Positions 48,387 to 58,809 of a stretch of 64,000 nucleotides of DNA are shown one piece after another; within the stretch, counting starts at the first letter, position 1, and each line of letters opens with the position of its first letter. The DNA lies in the NCBI GenBank assembly GCA_030390025.1, contig JASTWF010000360.1, positions 372,001 to 436,000 on the forward strand, given 5' to 3'. The DNA comes from Squalus acanthias. Its lineage: Eukaryota. A program made the translations under genes and the position numbers. The notes below the pieces were generated by a model. The model did no database searches, had not been told where the DNA came from, and was given only the letters and a program-made list of their open reading frames with translations.

Positions 48387-50206
48387 ATGGAGAGGGTGAG
48401 AGAACGAGCTCATCGCTTCACCGAGCGGGCCTTGGATGCTCTGGTTGGCGCGGTGGAGCGCAGAAGATGTATACTCTTCCCTGAGAGTGGCAGGAGGCCT
48501 TTGCCACGCGAGTACAGAAGAGTGTGGAGGGAGGTGGCTCAGAGCGTCTCCTCCAGGAGCATGGTGCCCAGGACCCATGTTCAATGCCGCAAAAAGTTCA
48601 ACGACCTCACTCGGGTCGTCAGGGTGAGTGGCTTTTTCTCAATACCTCTCCATCCCTCCATCTCAACCTCACTCTATGGCCAGAGGGTCTTAAAACCCCA
48701 ATGCACAACACTCATCCAACACCTATGGCCCTTTCATGAAACACACACACACATTCCACACTTTGCATACAGTAAGGGCTATTCACCTATGGGAGGCACA
48801 TCAGGCAAGACCATGGCTGCATACAGTAAGGGCTATTCACCTATGGGAGGCACATCAGGCAAGACCATGGCTGTATATTTACTCAGATGCTGTCCTTTTT
48901 CTTGCAGGCCAAGCTGGCACATAATCGGAGACAGCAGCAACGGACAGGTGGAGGGCGGCCTCAGCTGCAACCCCTCAGCGATCTTGAGGAGCGCGTCCAC
49001 AGGATTGTGGCAAGCCGGGTGATCGGTCCCGTCGCCACTGGAGACGCCGACCCCGTTCTGGACAGCAATGGTAAGGTCATCACCTTTTTGTCCTCTGTCC
49101 TTCCACTTGTCCCTCACAACACCAGCCTTTGACACTTTCAATCCAACTTGCTAACTCGCTGCACTTATTCCTCCCTTACTGCCACCCTGTCCTCACGCTA
49201 AAGCCACTCTTGTACCTCCCTGCTTTCAGATGGTGATTCACCAGCTGAGGAGACGGGCCCTGAAGCTGCCACTGGGAGTGATGCTGCAGCTGAGGAGGAA
49301 GAGGAAGCCGGAGCATCAGTGCCACCCTCTCCCGAGGAAGCCCATGCCCACACTGGGAACACGCCTTCCCTGGAGGGGAGCAGGGGGGAAGGGTCTGATG
49401 AGGGTGAAGCTCCAGGACCCAGCGGGCTGCAGCAACGCCATGGGGGTAGGGAAGAACGGGGGCCTTCTCCCCAGAGGGAGAGTATGCCAGAGACTCCTAC
49501 TGCAATGGACGTAGAGGAGGAGCGGCTGATCGCAGAAATGAACACCCAGGCGGTGGGCATGCACACTGAGCTCATGGGTGCATTGGGAAGGGTGCCCGAA
49601 TGCATTGAGTCACTGGCAAGGAGTGTGGAGCACTTCGCTGTAGCACAGGCGGATGCCACACTAACGCTTAGTGCTGCAATTCAGTCACTGGCTGCCGTGA
49701 TCCCATCTCTGACTGCTCTCATGCAGACTCAGATTGAGGCCACGCGAGCACAGACTGCTGCCAACCTCGATGGTTCGTTCACATGATCCCGGGGCTCTCA
49801 CCGCGCCGCAGCAGGCCAGCAATCTGTTCTCCAGCAGATTGCTCCGGATGCTGAAGTGCTGCCCCGTGGGAGTGCCAGTGTGTCGGGCGAGCAGGGAGTT
49901 ACTGTCCTCTCTCACGATGACAGCATTCCTGCTGCCAACACTGTCACTTCTCCACTGCACTTGCCACCGCCTGTAGGACAGACTGCTGCCGCCCATGCAG
50001 AGTTGGTGCAGTCTGCAGCCGGGCCCTCCAGGCCCAGAACTGGTCGAGGCCGTCCTTCAGGGGCATCTGCAGTGTCAGGGTCTGACGAGCAGCAGCCTTC
50101 CACCAGCTTTGCTGCAGCCACTGAGGTCCCATTACGGAGGAGCAGTAGGGTTAGAAGGGGGGAAGTGCGCAAGGGAAGGAGATCACCCTCGAAGGGCAAA
50201 AAGTAG
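48387..50206 (+). CDS. Harbinger Myb/SANT-like DNA-binding protein, 3 exons (48387-48623, 48908-49070, 49230-50206) with an in-frame TGA at 49784-49786
   Basis: Myb/SANT motif HRFTERAL...VWREVA...RTHVQCRKKFNDL. GTGAGT/TTGCAG and GTAAGG/TTTCAG introns join in phases 0 and 1. ORFs 49319 and 49856 share one frame. AATAAA at 50384. Confidence 0.8.
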
Positions 50207-50518
50207 GAGGTGTGACAAAATGCTGGTCATTTTTTTATTAAAGGCCGAGGTTCATGGTCCAACTTTTGTTTAGTGTTTTGGACATTATCTCCAGGTTGTG
50301 AGAACCAGTTATGTTATTGACTGTTTTTTTGTGTTTATTTCTATGAGTTTGTCATGAGGAATTGACACACACAGAGTTTGTAAAATAAATAAGTTTCTGT
50401 ATTCAAAATATACATGGTTGGTGTTTGGAATTATTGGTGCCTTGGCCGGCTTAGGGGTTGCGTGCTGGGTTCATTGATGTTGTTAGCAATGGCAGAAGCC
50501 ATTTCCACAGCAGGGGCC

Positions 50519-51679
50519 CTAGAAGCGGCTTGCTATTAGCCGTTGACGGACGGCCCTTGCAGTTTCACCATTGTGGGCCGCCCTCCCGCCTTGGTGCTGC
50601 TGATGATCATCCTCCTCGTCTTCTTCCTCCTCTTCCTCCTCCTCCTCTGGTGGTGCTCCAAGGCCTGGTGGCATTGGCTGGGTCCTGACGATTGCCATGT
50701 TATGCAACATGCAGCACACAACTACGAAGTTGGATACTCGCTCAGGCGAGTACTGCAGGGCTCCTCCAGAATGGTCGAGACAGCGGAACCGTTGCTTCAG
50801 CACACCGATTGTGCGCTCAATGATGTTCCTGGTAGCTTGATGGCTCTCATTGTACCGCAGCTCAGCAGGGGTGTTGGGCGTACGGAGCGGTGTCATCAGC
50901 CAGGTGCTCAATGGATACCCCTTGTCCCCGAGAAGCCAACCAACTGGCTGATGCGGTGCCTCGAAAAGTTCTGCCACAGTAGTCTGGCGCAGGATAAAAG
51001 CATCATGGCAGCTGCCAGGATAGTGGGCATTGACAGCGAGTATCAGCTGTCTGTGGTCACAGACCAACTGAACATTCAAGGAATGGAACCCCTTTCTGTT
51101 CCGGAATTCCTCGGCATTCTCATGTGGAGCACGCAAAGCCACATGCGTGCAGTCAATGGCGCCCTGCACCATGGGGAAGCCCGCTATCCTCGCAAAGCCC
51201 AGAGCGCGGTCACGCTGCTTGTCTGGAGTCATGGGGAAAGAGATGAACTCTCGTCTCCTTTTAAAGAGGGCATTTGTGACCTGTCGGATGCAGCAATGCA
51301 CCGCGAATTGGGAGATGTTGGCGAGGTCCCCAGCAGCAGCTTGAAATGAGCCAGTAGCGTAGAAGTTGAGAGCCACTGTGACCTTCACTGCCACCGACAG
51401 AGACGTCCTGGACCTCAGTTGAGGCTGCAGATCTGGCTGCAGCAGGTGGCAGAGCTCAGTGACCACCTCCTTGCTGAATCGCAGCCTTCGCAAACACAGC
51501 TCCTCAGACATATGAATGTAGGAGAGCTGTTCACGATATACCCTGGGAGGGTAAGCTCTCCTGTACATACGCCTGTTGGCCCTCCTCCGTCTGGCCATCA
51601 TTGCCACTCTCTCTCTGCGTCTCTGTGTCCTCCGATTCAGCTGGAGCAGGACGACGCCCCCAATCAGTGCAGCCCCCAT
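50519..51679 (-). CDS. Harbinger DDE transposase (HARBI1-like family), intact, 386 aa from the first ATG
   Basis: GAIDCTH, NRKGFHSLNVQLVCD, PGSCHDAFIL, LLGDKGYP and IERTIGVLKQRFRCL; TATTTAAA upstream at 51874-51881. Confidence 0.93.
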   Translation of the reverse strand: MGAALIGGVVLLQLNRRTQRRRERVAMMARRRRANRRMYRRAYPPRVYREQLSYIHMSEELCLRRLRFSKEVVTELCHLLQPDLQPQLRSRTSLSVAVKVTVALNFYATGSFQAAAGDLANISQFAVHCCIRQVTNALFKRRREFISFPMTPDKQRDRALGFARIAGFPMVQGAIDCTHVALRAPHENAEEFRNRKGFHSLNVQLVCDHRQLILAVNAHYPGSCHDAFILRQTTVAELFEAPHQPVGWLLGDKGYPLSTWLMTPLRTPNTPAELRYNESHQATRNIIERTIGVLKQRFRCLDHSGGALQYSPERVSNFVVVCCMLHNMAIVRTQPMPPGLGAPPEEEEEEEEEDEEDDHQQHQGGRAAHNGETARAVRQRLIASRF

Positions 51680-52499
51680 AATCTCTTTGCAAGCAAAGTA
51701 ATGAAGGACAGCAACCAAAGTACTAGCGAAGTTAGGATCAGTAGGCAAAACCACCTCACAAAGCGTTGAGTCAATGCAGAAGTCTCTCTTTCTCTCTCTC
51801 CGAATCTCTCTCTCTCTCTCAGAACGAGTGGTGCAAAAATGTCAACCACAGAAAAAGACAGGAAGAGGCCCCCTTTAAATAGTGCCCCCCCAGCCCCACA
51901 GCGATTGATAGCGTTCCAGTCTTCCGGTCGTTGGATGCGCCAGGCGGTAAGGCAGGGGGCGCCACTCAATTTCCGCTCCGGGGCGCCACAAGGGCGTTGC
52001 ACCATGGAATGACGTCACAATCTGCGCGCGCAGGTGGTCGCAGCGGTAAAGTTTAGCGCCGCCGCACAATGTCTAGTTAAGTTCCCGAGCGGCGCAAACA
52101 TCGCTGCGCCCGGGCGTTCGCGGCTTTGCGCCCCATTAGCGCCCTCTTAAGGCGCTAACGGGAGGCGCAACCAACTGAATTTTTACCCCCAACAGTTTTA
52201 TTTGAAATCACGAGCTTTCGGACTGATTACCTGACGAAGGAGCAGCTCGTGATTTCAAATAAAACTGTTGGACTATAACCTGGTGTTGTGCGACTTCTCA
52301 TTTTTGCTTTATTTTTAACCACAAACCATTGACAAGTATTGAGCCACTGTCTGCCAAGTGGGATCTGGGAATCATACGCTGGTACATGTTCCTGTGTTTG
52401 TCAAAGGGTGGGGCGAGATGCCGACAGATGGTTTGTGTCTCTTAATCTCTCCTTTTGTTCTTTCATCCCCTCCCCCTTTTCCCAGCTTTATCCTTGCCT

Positions 52500-52658
52500 T
52501 AAATCTATTTGATTTCCTGCTGTTTCCAGTTCTGATGAAAGGTCTCGACCTGAAACGTTAACTCTGTTTCTCTCTCCACGGATGCTGCCTCGCCTGCTGA
52601 GTTTTTCCAGTGTTTTCTGTTGTTATTTCGGATTTCCAGCATCTGCAGTATTTTGCTA
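52500..52658 (+). mobile_element. Penelope-type terminal fragment containing a minimal hammerhead motif (52528-52563)
   Basis: AGTT-CTGATGA-A-AGGT(CTCG)ACCT-GAAA-CG-TT-AACT; the downstream part is shared with 41580-41655. Confidence 0.6.
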
Positions 52659-52689
52659 TCGTGTTGATGGTTTGTTTCCGTTCTGTGTC

Positions 52690-52877
52690 CCCATTGGCCT
52701 GAAATGTTTTCAGACTCGGAGTGCACGGCGCATGCGCCGATATCCTCGTCAATGAGCAATCGCTGTTGACTCGACTGCGACACAAGAAGTGTTTGAATTA
52801 GCCGCCATTTTGCGCTTTACTGAAATCCTGCCCAGTCCAGCTGCAGAGACTTTCTCAAGCGCTTTTTGTCTGTAAGT
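52690..52877 (+). promoter_or_regulatory. Candidate promoter and non-coding first exon of the FAM111-like gene
   Basis: ATTGG at 52693, GCGCATGCGC (NRF1) at 52728-37, TTTGAA (CHR-like) at 52792-97, GCCGCCATTTTG (YY1) at 52801-12, GTAAGT donor at 52872; CpG-enriched unique sequence. Confidence 0.6.
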
Positions 52878-53349
52878 TACTAAAAATGTATCACGTTTCT
52901 TTTTTTTTGTTCGACACAATCTTAAATGTGTCGTAAGTGCAAGTTGTTCATTGTTTTTCCCCGCTGAGGAGGTAGGTTCCTTTTGTTTTAGTGTTAGATT
53001 TCAGGTTGGAGCAGGGAGGGGTAAATCACAGATTTGATAGTTTAGCTGTTGATCTCCACTCTACTCCCTGGTCTACTCCGAGTTGTGTCGCCCCGGCTTT
53101 TGGTTGATGATCAAACCAGGGTGGCCCAGGGTGAAACTAAAAGAGGGCCGAGGTCAATGAGGAATTAAACTATGGCAGGGAAGAGTAAAAAAGAAAAACA
53201 TGATCAGCAGTCCTCCATCCTGTGGGACTTGGCAATGCCCCTGTGAATCATAGCAACGACAGCACAACAGACAGGAAAACAAGTAACACCATATGCAATA
53301 TCAGTGTCTCTGTTTTTAAGTCTATTTTGCGATCTAGCTGTTATAATTT

Positions 53350-54280
53350 ATGATACCGGGGCTAAAAGGGTTAAATTACGAGGACTGATTGCATGGACTA
53401 GGCTTGTAGTCCCTTGAATAACAACGTTATGATGAGCCTTTCTAAAACACTGGTTCGGCCTCAACTGGAGGATTGTGTCCAATTCTGGGCACCGCACTTT
53501 AGGAAGGATGTGAAGGCCTCAGAGAGGGTGCAGAAAAGACTGATGAGAATGGTTCCAGGGATGAGTGACTTCAGTTACGTGGATAGACTGGAGAAGCTGG
53601 GGTTGTTCTCCTCGGAGCAGAGAAGGTTGAGAGGAGATTTGATAGAGGTGTTCAAAATCATGAGGGGGTCTGGACAGAGTAGATAGAAACTGTTCCCATT
53701 GGCAGAAGGGTCGAGAACCAGAGGACACAGATTTAAGGTGATTGGCAGAAGGTCCGAAGGCGACATGAGGAAAAACTTTTTTACGCAGCGAGTGGTTAGG
53801 ATCTGGAATGCACTGCCTGAAAGGGTGGTGGAGGCAGACTCAATCGTGGCTTTCAAAAGGGAATTGGATAAGTACCTGAAGGAAAAAACTTTGCAGGGCT
53901 ATGGGGAAAGGGCGGGGGAGTGGGACTAGCTGAAGTGCTCTTGCAGAGAGCCGGCACAGGCTCGACGGGCCGAAGTTCCTCCTCTGTGCTGTAACCATTC
54001 TATGAATATAGAAGTTTAAGGGGCGATCTAATCGCGGTGTTTAAGATGATTCAAGAAGTTGATAGGGTAGACAGAGAGAAACTATTTCCACTGATGGGTG
54101 AGTCCAGAACAAGAGGGAGATAAGTTAAAATTAGAGCCAAGCCGTTCAGGGGTGATGTCAGGAAGCAGTTCTTCACACAAAGGGTAGTGGAAATCTGGAA
54201 CTCTCTCCCCCAAAAAGCTGTCGAGACTGGGGGTCAATTGAAAATTTCAAAACTGAGATTGATAGATTTTTGTTGGGTAA
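53350..54280 (+). mobile_element. Nested CR1 3' fragments
   Basis: ORFs 53414-53686, 53699-53929 and 54187 onward carry CR1 C-terminal motifs. Confidence 0.88.
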
Positions 54281-54284
54281 CATG

Positions 54285-56885
54285 TCCGAGGGGGCTGAAT
54301 GGCCTCCTCCTCTTCCTCTGTAACAGGCTCGAGGGGCTGAATGGCTTCCTCCTGTTCCTGTGTAACAGGCTCGAGGAGTTGAATGGCCTCCTCCTGTTCC
54401 TGTGTAACAGGCTCGAGGGGACTGAATGGCCTTCTCCTGTTCCTATGTAACAGGTTCGAGGGACTGAATGGCCTTCTCCTGTTCCTATGTAACAGGTTCG
54501 AGGGGCTGAATGGCCTCCTCCTGTTCCTATGTAACAGCCTCAAGGGGCTGTGAATGGTCTTATCCTGTTCCTGTGTAATATGCTCGAAGGGGCTGAATAA
54601 TCTCCGCCTGCTCCTGTGAAAGAGGCTCGAGGGGCTGAGTGGCCCCCTCCTGTTCTTATGTAAAAGGCATGAGGGGGTTGAATGGCCGCCTCCTGTTCCT
54701 ATGTAACAGGCTTGAGGGGCTGAATGGCCTCCTCCTGTTCCTGTGTAACAGGCTTCAGGGGATGAATGACCTCCTCCTGTTCCTGTGTAACTGGCTCAAG
54801 GGGCTGAATGGCCTCCTCCTGTTCCTGTGTAACAGGCTCGAGGGGGCTGAACGGCCTCCTCCTGTTGCTGTGTAACAGGCTCGAGGGGACTGAATGGGCC
54901 TCCTCCTGTTGCTGTGTAACAGGCTCGAGGGGTGGAATGGCCTCCTCCTGTTCCTGTGTAACAGGCTCAAGGGGGCTGAATGGCTTCCTCCTGTTCCAAT
55001 GAAACAGGCTCAAGGGTTTGAATGGCCTCCTCCTGTTCCTGTGTAACAGGCTCGAGGGGGCTGAACGGCCTCCTGCTGTTCCTATGTAACAGGCTCGAGG
55101 GGCTGAATGGGCCTCCTCCTGTTGCTGTGTAACAGGCTCGAGGGGCGGAATGGCCTCCTCCTGTTCCTGTGTAACAGGCTCGAGGGGCTGAATGGCCGCC
55201 TCCTGTTCCTATGTAACTGGCTCGAGGGGCTGAATGACCTCCTCCTGTTCCTGTGTAACAGGCTCGAGGGGGCTGAATGGCCTCCTCCTGTTCCTGTGTA
55301 ACAGGCTCGAGGGGCTGAATGGGCCTCCTCCTGTTCCTGTGTAAAAGGCTCGAGGGGCTGAATGGCCTCCTCCTGTTCCTATGTAACAGGCTCGAGGGAT
55401 CTGAATGGCCTCCTCCTGTTCCTGTGTAACAGGCTCGAGGGGCTGAATGGCCTCCTCCTGTTCCTCTGTAACAGGCTCGAGGGGCTGAATGTCCTCCACC
55501 TGTTCCTGTGTAACAGGCTCGAGGGGCTGAATGGCCTCCTCCTGCTCCTATGTAACAGGCTCGAGGTGGTTGAATGCTGTACTCCTGTTCCTGTGTAACA
55601 GGCTCGAGGGATTGAATAGCACCCTCCTGCCGCTATGTAACAGAATCGAAGGGCAGAATGGCTTCCTCCTGCTCCTATGTAACAGTCTCGAAGTGGTTGA
55701 ATGCTCTAGTCCTGTAACAGGCTCGAGGGATTGAAAAGCACCCTCCTGCCCCTATGTAACAGGCTCCTGGGGCTGAATGACCTCCTGCTCCTGTGTAAGA
55801 GGCTCGAGGGGCTGAATGGCCTCCTGATCCTGTGTAACTGGCCTGAGGGAACTGAATGGTCTCCTCCTGTTCCTATTTAACAGGCTCGAGGGAGATGAAT
55901 GGCCTCCTCCTGTTCCTGTGTAACGAGCTCGAGGGGCTGAATGGCCTCCTCCTGTTCCTGTGTAACAGGCTCGAGGGGCTGAATGGCCTTTTCCTGTTCC
56001 AGTGTAACAGGCTCGAGGGGCTGAATGGACTCCTCCTGTTCCTGTGTAACAGGCTCGAGGGGCTGAATGGCCTCCTCCTGATCCTGTGTAACTGGCTCAA
56101 GGGGCTGAATGGCCTTCTCCTGTTCCTGTGTAACAGGCTCGAGGGGCTGAATGGCCTCCTCCTGTTCCTGTGTAACAGGCTCGAGGGGCTGAATGGCCTC
56201 CTCCTGTTCCTGTGTAATAGGCTCGAGGGGGCTGAATGGCCTCCTCCTGTTCCTGTGTAATAGGCTCGAGGGGGCTGAATGGCCTCCTCCTCATCCTGTG
56301 TAACAGACTCGAGGGGCTGAATGGCCTCCTCCTGTTCCTGTGTAACAGGCTCGAGGGGCTGAATGGCCTCCTCCTGTTCCTGTGTAACAGGCTCGAGGGG
56401 CTGAATGGCCTCCTCCTGTTCCTGTCTAACAGGCTCGAGGGGCTGAATGGCCTCCTCCTGATCCTGTGTAACAGACTCGAGGGGCTGAATGGCCTCCTCC
56501 TGTTCCTGTGTAACAGGCTCGAGGGGCTGAATGGCCTCCTCCAGTTCCTGTGTAACAGGCTCGAGGGGCTGAATGGCCTCCTCCTGTTCCTGTGTAACAG
56601 GCTCGAGGGGCTGAATGGCCTCCTCCTGTTCCTGTGTAACAGGCTCGAGGGGCTGAATGGCCTCCTCCTGTTCCTGTGTAACAGACTCGAGGGGCTGAAT
56701 GGCCTCCTCCTGTTCCTGTGTAACAGGCTCGAGGGGCTGAATGGCCTCCTCCAGTTCCTGTGTAACAGGCTCGAGGGGCTGAATGGCCTCCTCCTGTTCC
56801 TGTGTAACAGGCTCGAGGGGCTGAATGGCCTCCTCCTGTTCCTGTGTAACAGGCTCGAGGGGCTGAATGGCCTGCTCCTGTTCCA
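54285..56885 (+). repeat. 42-bp CR1-tail-derived minisatellite, about 60 units, probably intronic
   Basis: Same unit as 11743-14746; degenerate at the 5' side and homogeneous from about 56240. Confidence 0.95.
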
Positions 56886-56925
56886 TTTCAGTTCCACTGA
56901 ATTTTGACTTTCCTCTCCTCTCCAG

Positions 56926-58691
56926 GCCAAAGATACAAATCAACCTCCCACTCCAGTGCCGGGTAAAAAGGCCCACACCGAAAAGGGAGAACCTCTCTCT
57001 GCCAGAAATGCCTTAAACGACACGGGTAAAATGCCAGAGGCGACCATGGGCAAAGTTGCAGATCACAGTGAAGAGGACAGAGTGACAGAGTTCACGTTCA
57101 GTTTCCAAAAGTACAGCACGGAGCACGTGGCGAGAGGGGCACCGGACGAGAATTTGCTTTCTGCTCTGAAGTCTTCCGAGGTGTTCAAGAAAGAAGAGGA
57201 GAAATACAAGGGGAATGATTTCCACTTAATTGGGAAGAGAGAGTTCACGGGTGCTGTCAACCTAGGGATGCCTTGCAAATGTCTGCCACAGAAAGCCCAT
57301 TTCGAAGTGATATTCTTCCGAAAAAACGGTGAGTTATGCTATCGGAATGCCGACTCTTCAGGTAAGCAGTGCGTTATATTCTACGTCCGGAGCACTGGAA
57401 AATCATCCGGCAAACTTAACACAGGAGCCAGACGTATCATCAAGTCCGAATCGCTGCGAGGCAATGGATGTGACCTGTGCATTTTCGCTTTTAATGGCGA
57501 GACTATCCGAGAGGCTCTGTGTGAGGACGGGAGGTTCTTGTCCGAAATTAATGACAATATGTCGAACCTGCTCGAAGGGCAGACGTCTCTTCAGTTCACC
57601 CTCACCGTGAATGACCTTCACAACCGACGCTTTGAAGTTCAACTGAGCAGCAAGAAGTATCAAGCAGGGAGTGAGGCAGGCGGTGCCGACCCCAGCGAGT
57701 GCCAAGAGGAGAGGAATGTGGCAGGAGAAGTGAACGAGCTACTCCGCGAGCTGAAAGAGGAGGTTGATGAATATTTGGGAAAGGAAAGAGGCATTAAGAA
57801 GTATCGAAGGCAATGGAACGTGTTCAAGGAAAACTTTGGGAAGATCACGAGTGATGCCGTTACCATTAGGGCCCACGAGATGCTGGTGCAATTGAGCGAG
57901 TCCGTTGGATTTGTCAGATGGAATAACAACGGGAATCAAGGCACCGCCTCCTGCTTCCTCCTCAGTGACCACTACATTCTGACATGTTACCACGTGGTGA
58001 AGATGATCGTAGGGGACGGGGTGCCTGAGGGTGAGTGGGGAGCCATAATACAGAAGTCTACTGAGATAAGCTTCACCTACAAAGATAAAGATGAGCTTCC
58101 GACCAGTGTTTGGTACAAAGTTGATCCGTGGTTTGAAGTCTACTGCCAAGATCTTGACTATGCGCTGCTGAGACTGGAGGTCCCTGATGGCCAAGGACCA
58201 GGTCTTCCACCAGGTGTGTCACCCAGGGCAACCACCCCGCCCCAGAATGGAGTGGTCTACATTATAGGTCACCAAGTGGGGTTCCCAAATCCACCGACAC
58301 TTGTGTCGTCATCGCTCTCGAACAACGAGAGGTGGAAGTTTACAAAAATCCACACTTCTTCCAAGTTGGCACTAAGTACACTTTCAGAGAAATGCAAAGT
58401 TCAGCCAGGATTACCTACAATACTTGCTTCTTCCATGGTGCTTCTGGTTCCCCCGTGTTCAATTTCTCTGGTGAGCTTGTGGGGATGCACGCTGGAGGAT
58501 ACCCGTATGACAACGGCTACAGGAAGAACAGTGTGATCGAATTCGGGCCGACTGTTGAAGGCATTGCTGCCCACATGAAGAAACACCATCCAGGATTTAA
58601 CTGGCTGCTCCTCACCAATCGTAACCAGGCCCAGGGCGATCAGAACATGCCATCCGATGACCAGAAGCAAGTTCCAATGGACACCGACTAA
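56926..58691 (+). CDS. FAM111-family trypsin-like serine protease, main coding exon, with a 1-bp frameshift at about 58272 (pseudogene or assembly error)
   Basis: Acceptor TTTCCTCTCCTCTCCAG at 56925. FAM111-type motifs VNLGMPCKCLP and CIFAFNGETIREALCEDGRFLS. Triad: LTCYHV (His 57991), DLDYALL (Asp 58156), FFHGASGSPV (Ser 58443). Also LVGMHAGG and SVIEFG. FAM111A vs FAM111B cannot be assigned. Confidence 0.88.
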
Positions 58692-58809
58692 ATGGAGGCA
58701 ATCTAACGAGTTTGAGTTTAAATGTCCCGCATTTAAAATTCTCACCCTTGTTTCATCCATGCCTCTCTTGCCTCCAGACTCAACTATTCCAATGTGCTCC
58801 TGGCCATCT

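Larger units (their letters stand above)
48028..52189. mobile_element. Full-length PIF/Harbinger DNA transposon (4162 bp) with a CAA TSD
   Basis: TIRs GGGGGAAAAATT and AATTTTTACCCC; CAA at 48025-27 and 52190-92; convergent Myb and transposase genes; GGCGC/GCGCC-rich subterminal regions. Confidence 0.95.
47953..52307. mobile_element. Palindromic Penelope-type tail element (47953-48027 plus 52190-52307) split by the Harbinger insertion
   Basis: The rejoined sequence is a long hairpin: AGAAGTCGCACAACATCAGGTTATAGTCCAACAGTTTTATTTGAAATCACGAGCT...AGCTCGTGATTTCAAATAAAACTGTTGGACTATAACCTGGTGTTGTGCGACTTCT. The Penelope assignment is from recall. Confidence 0.6.

Noticed and set aside
50519..51679. Domesticated host gene HARBI1
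   Set aside because: Lies within TIRs and a TSD beside its Myb partner, so it is a transposon ORF; no gene symbol assigned.
55873..56976. QEQEEAIQPLEPVT and LEGLNGLLLFLCNR repeat ORFs that look coiled-coil or LRR-like (also 12841-14638)
   Set aside because: Translations of the 42-bp CR1-tail repeat.
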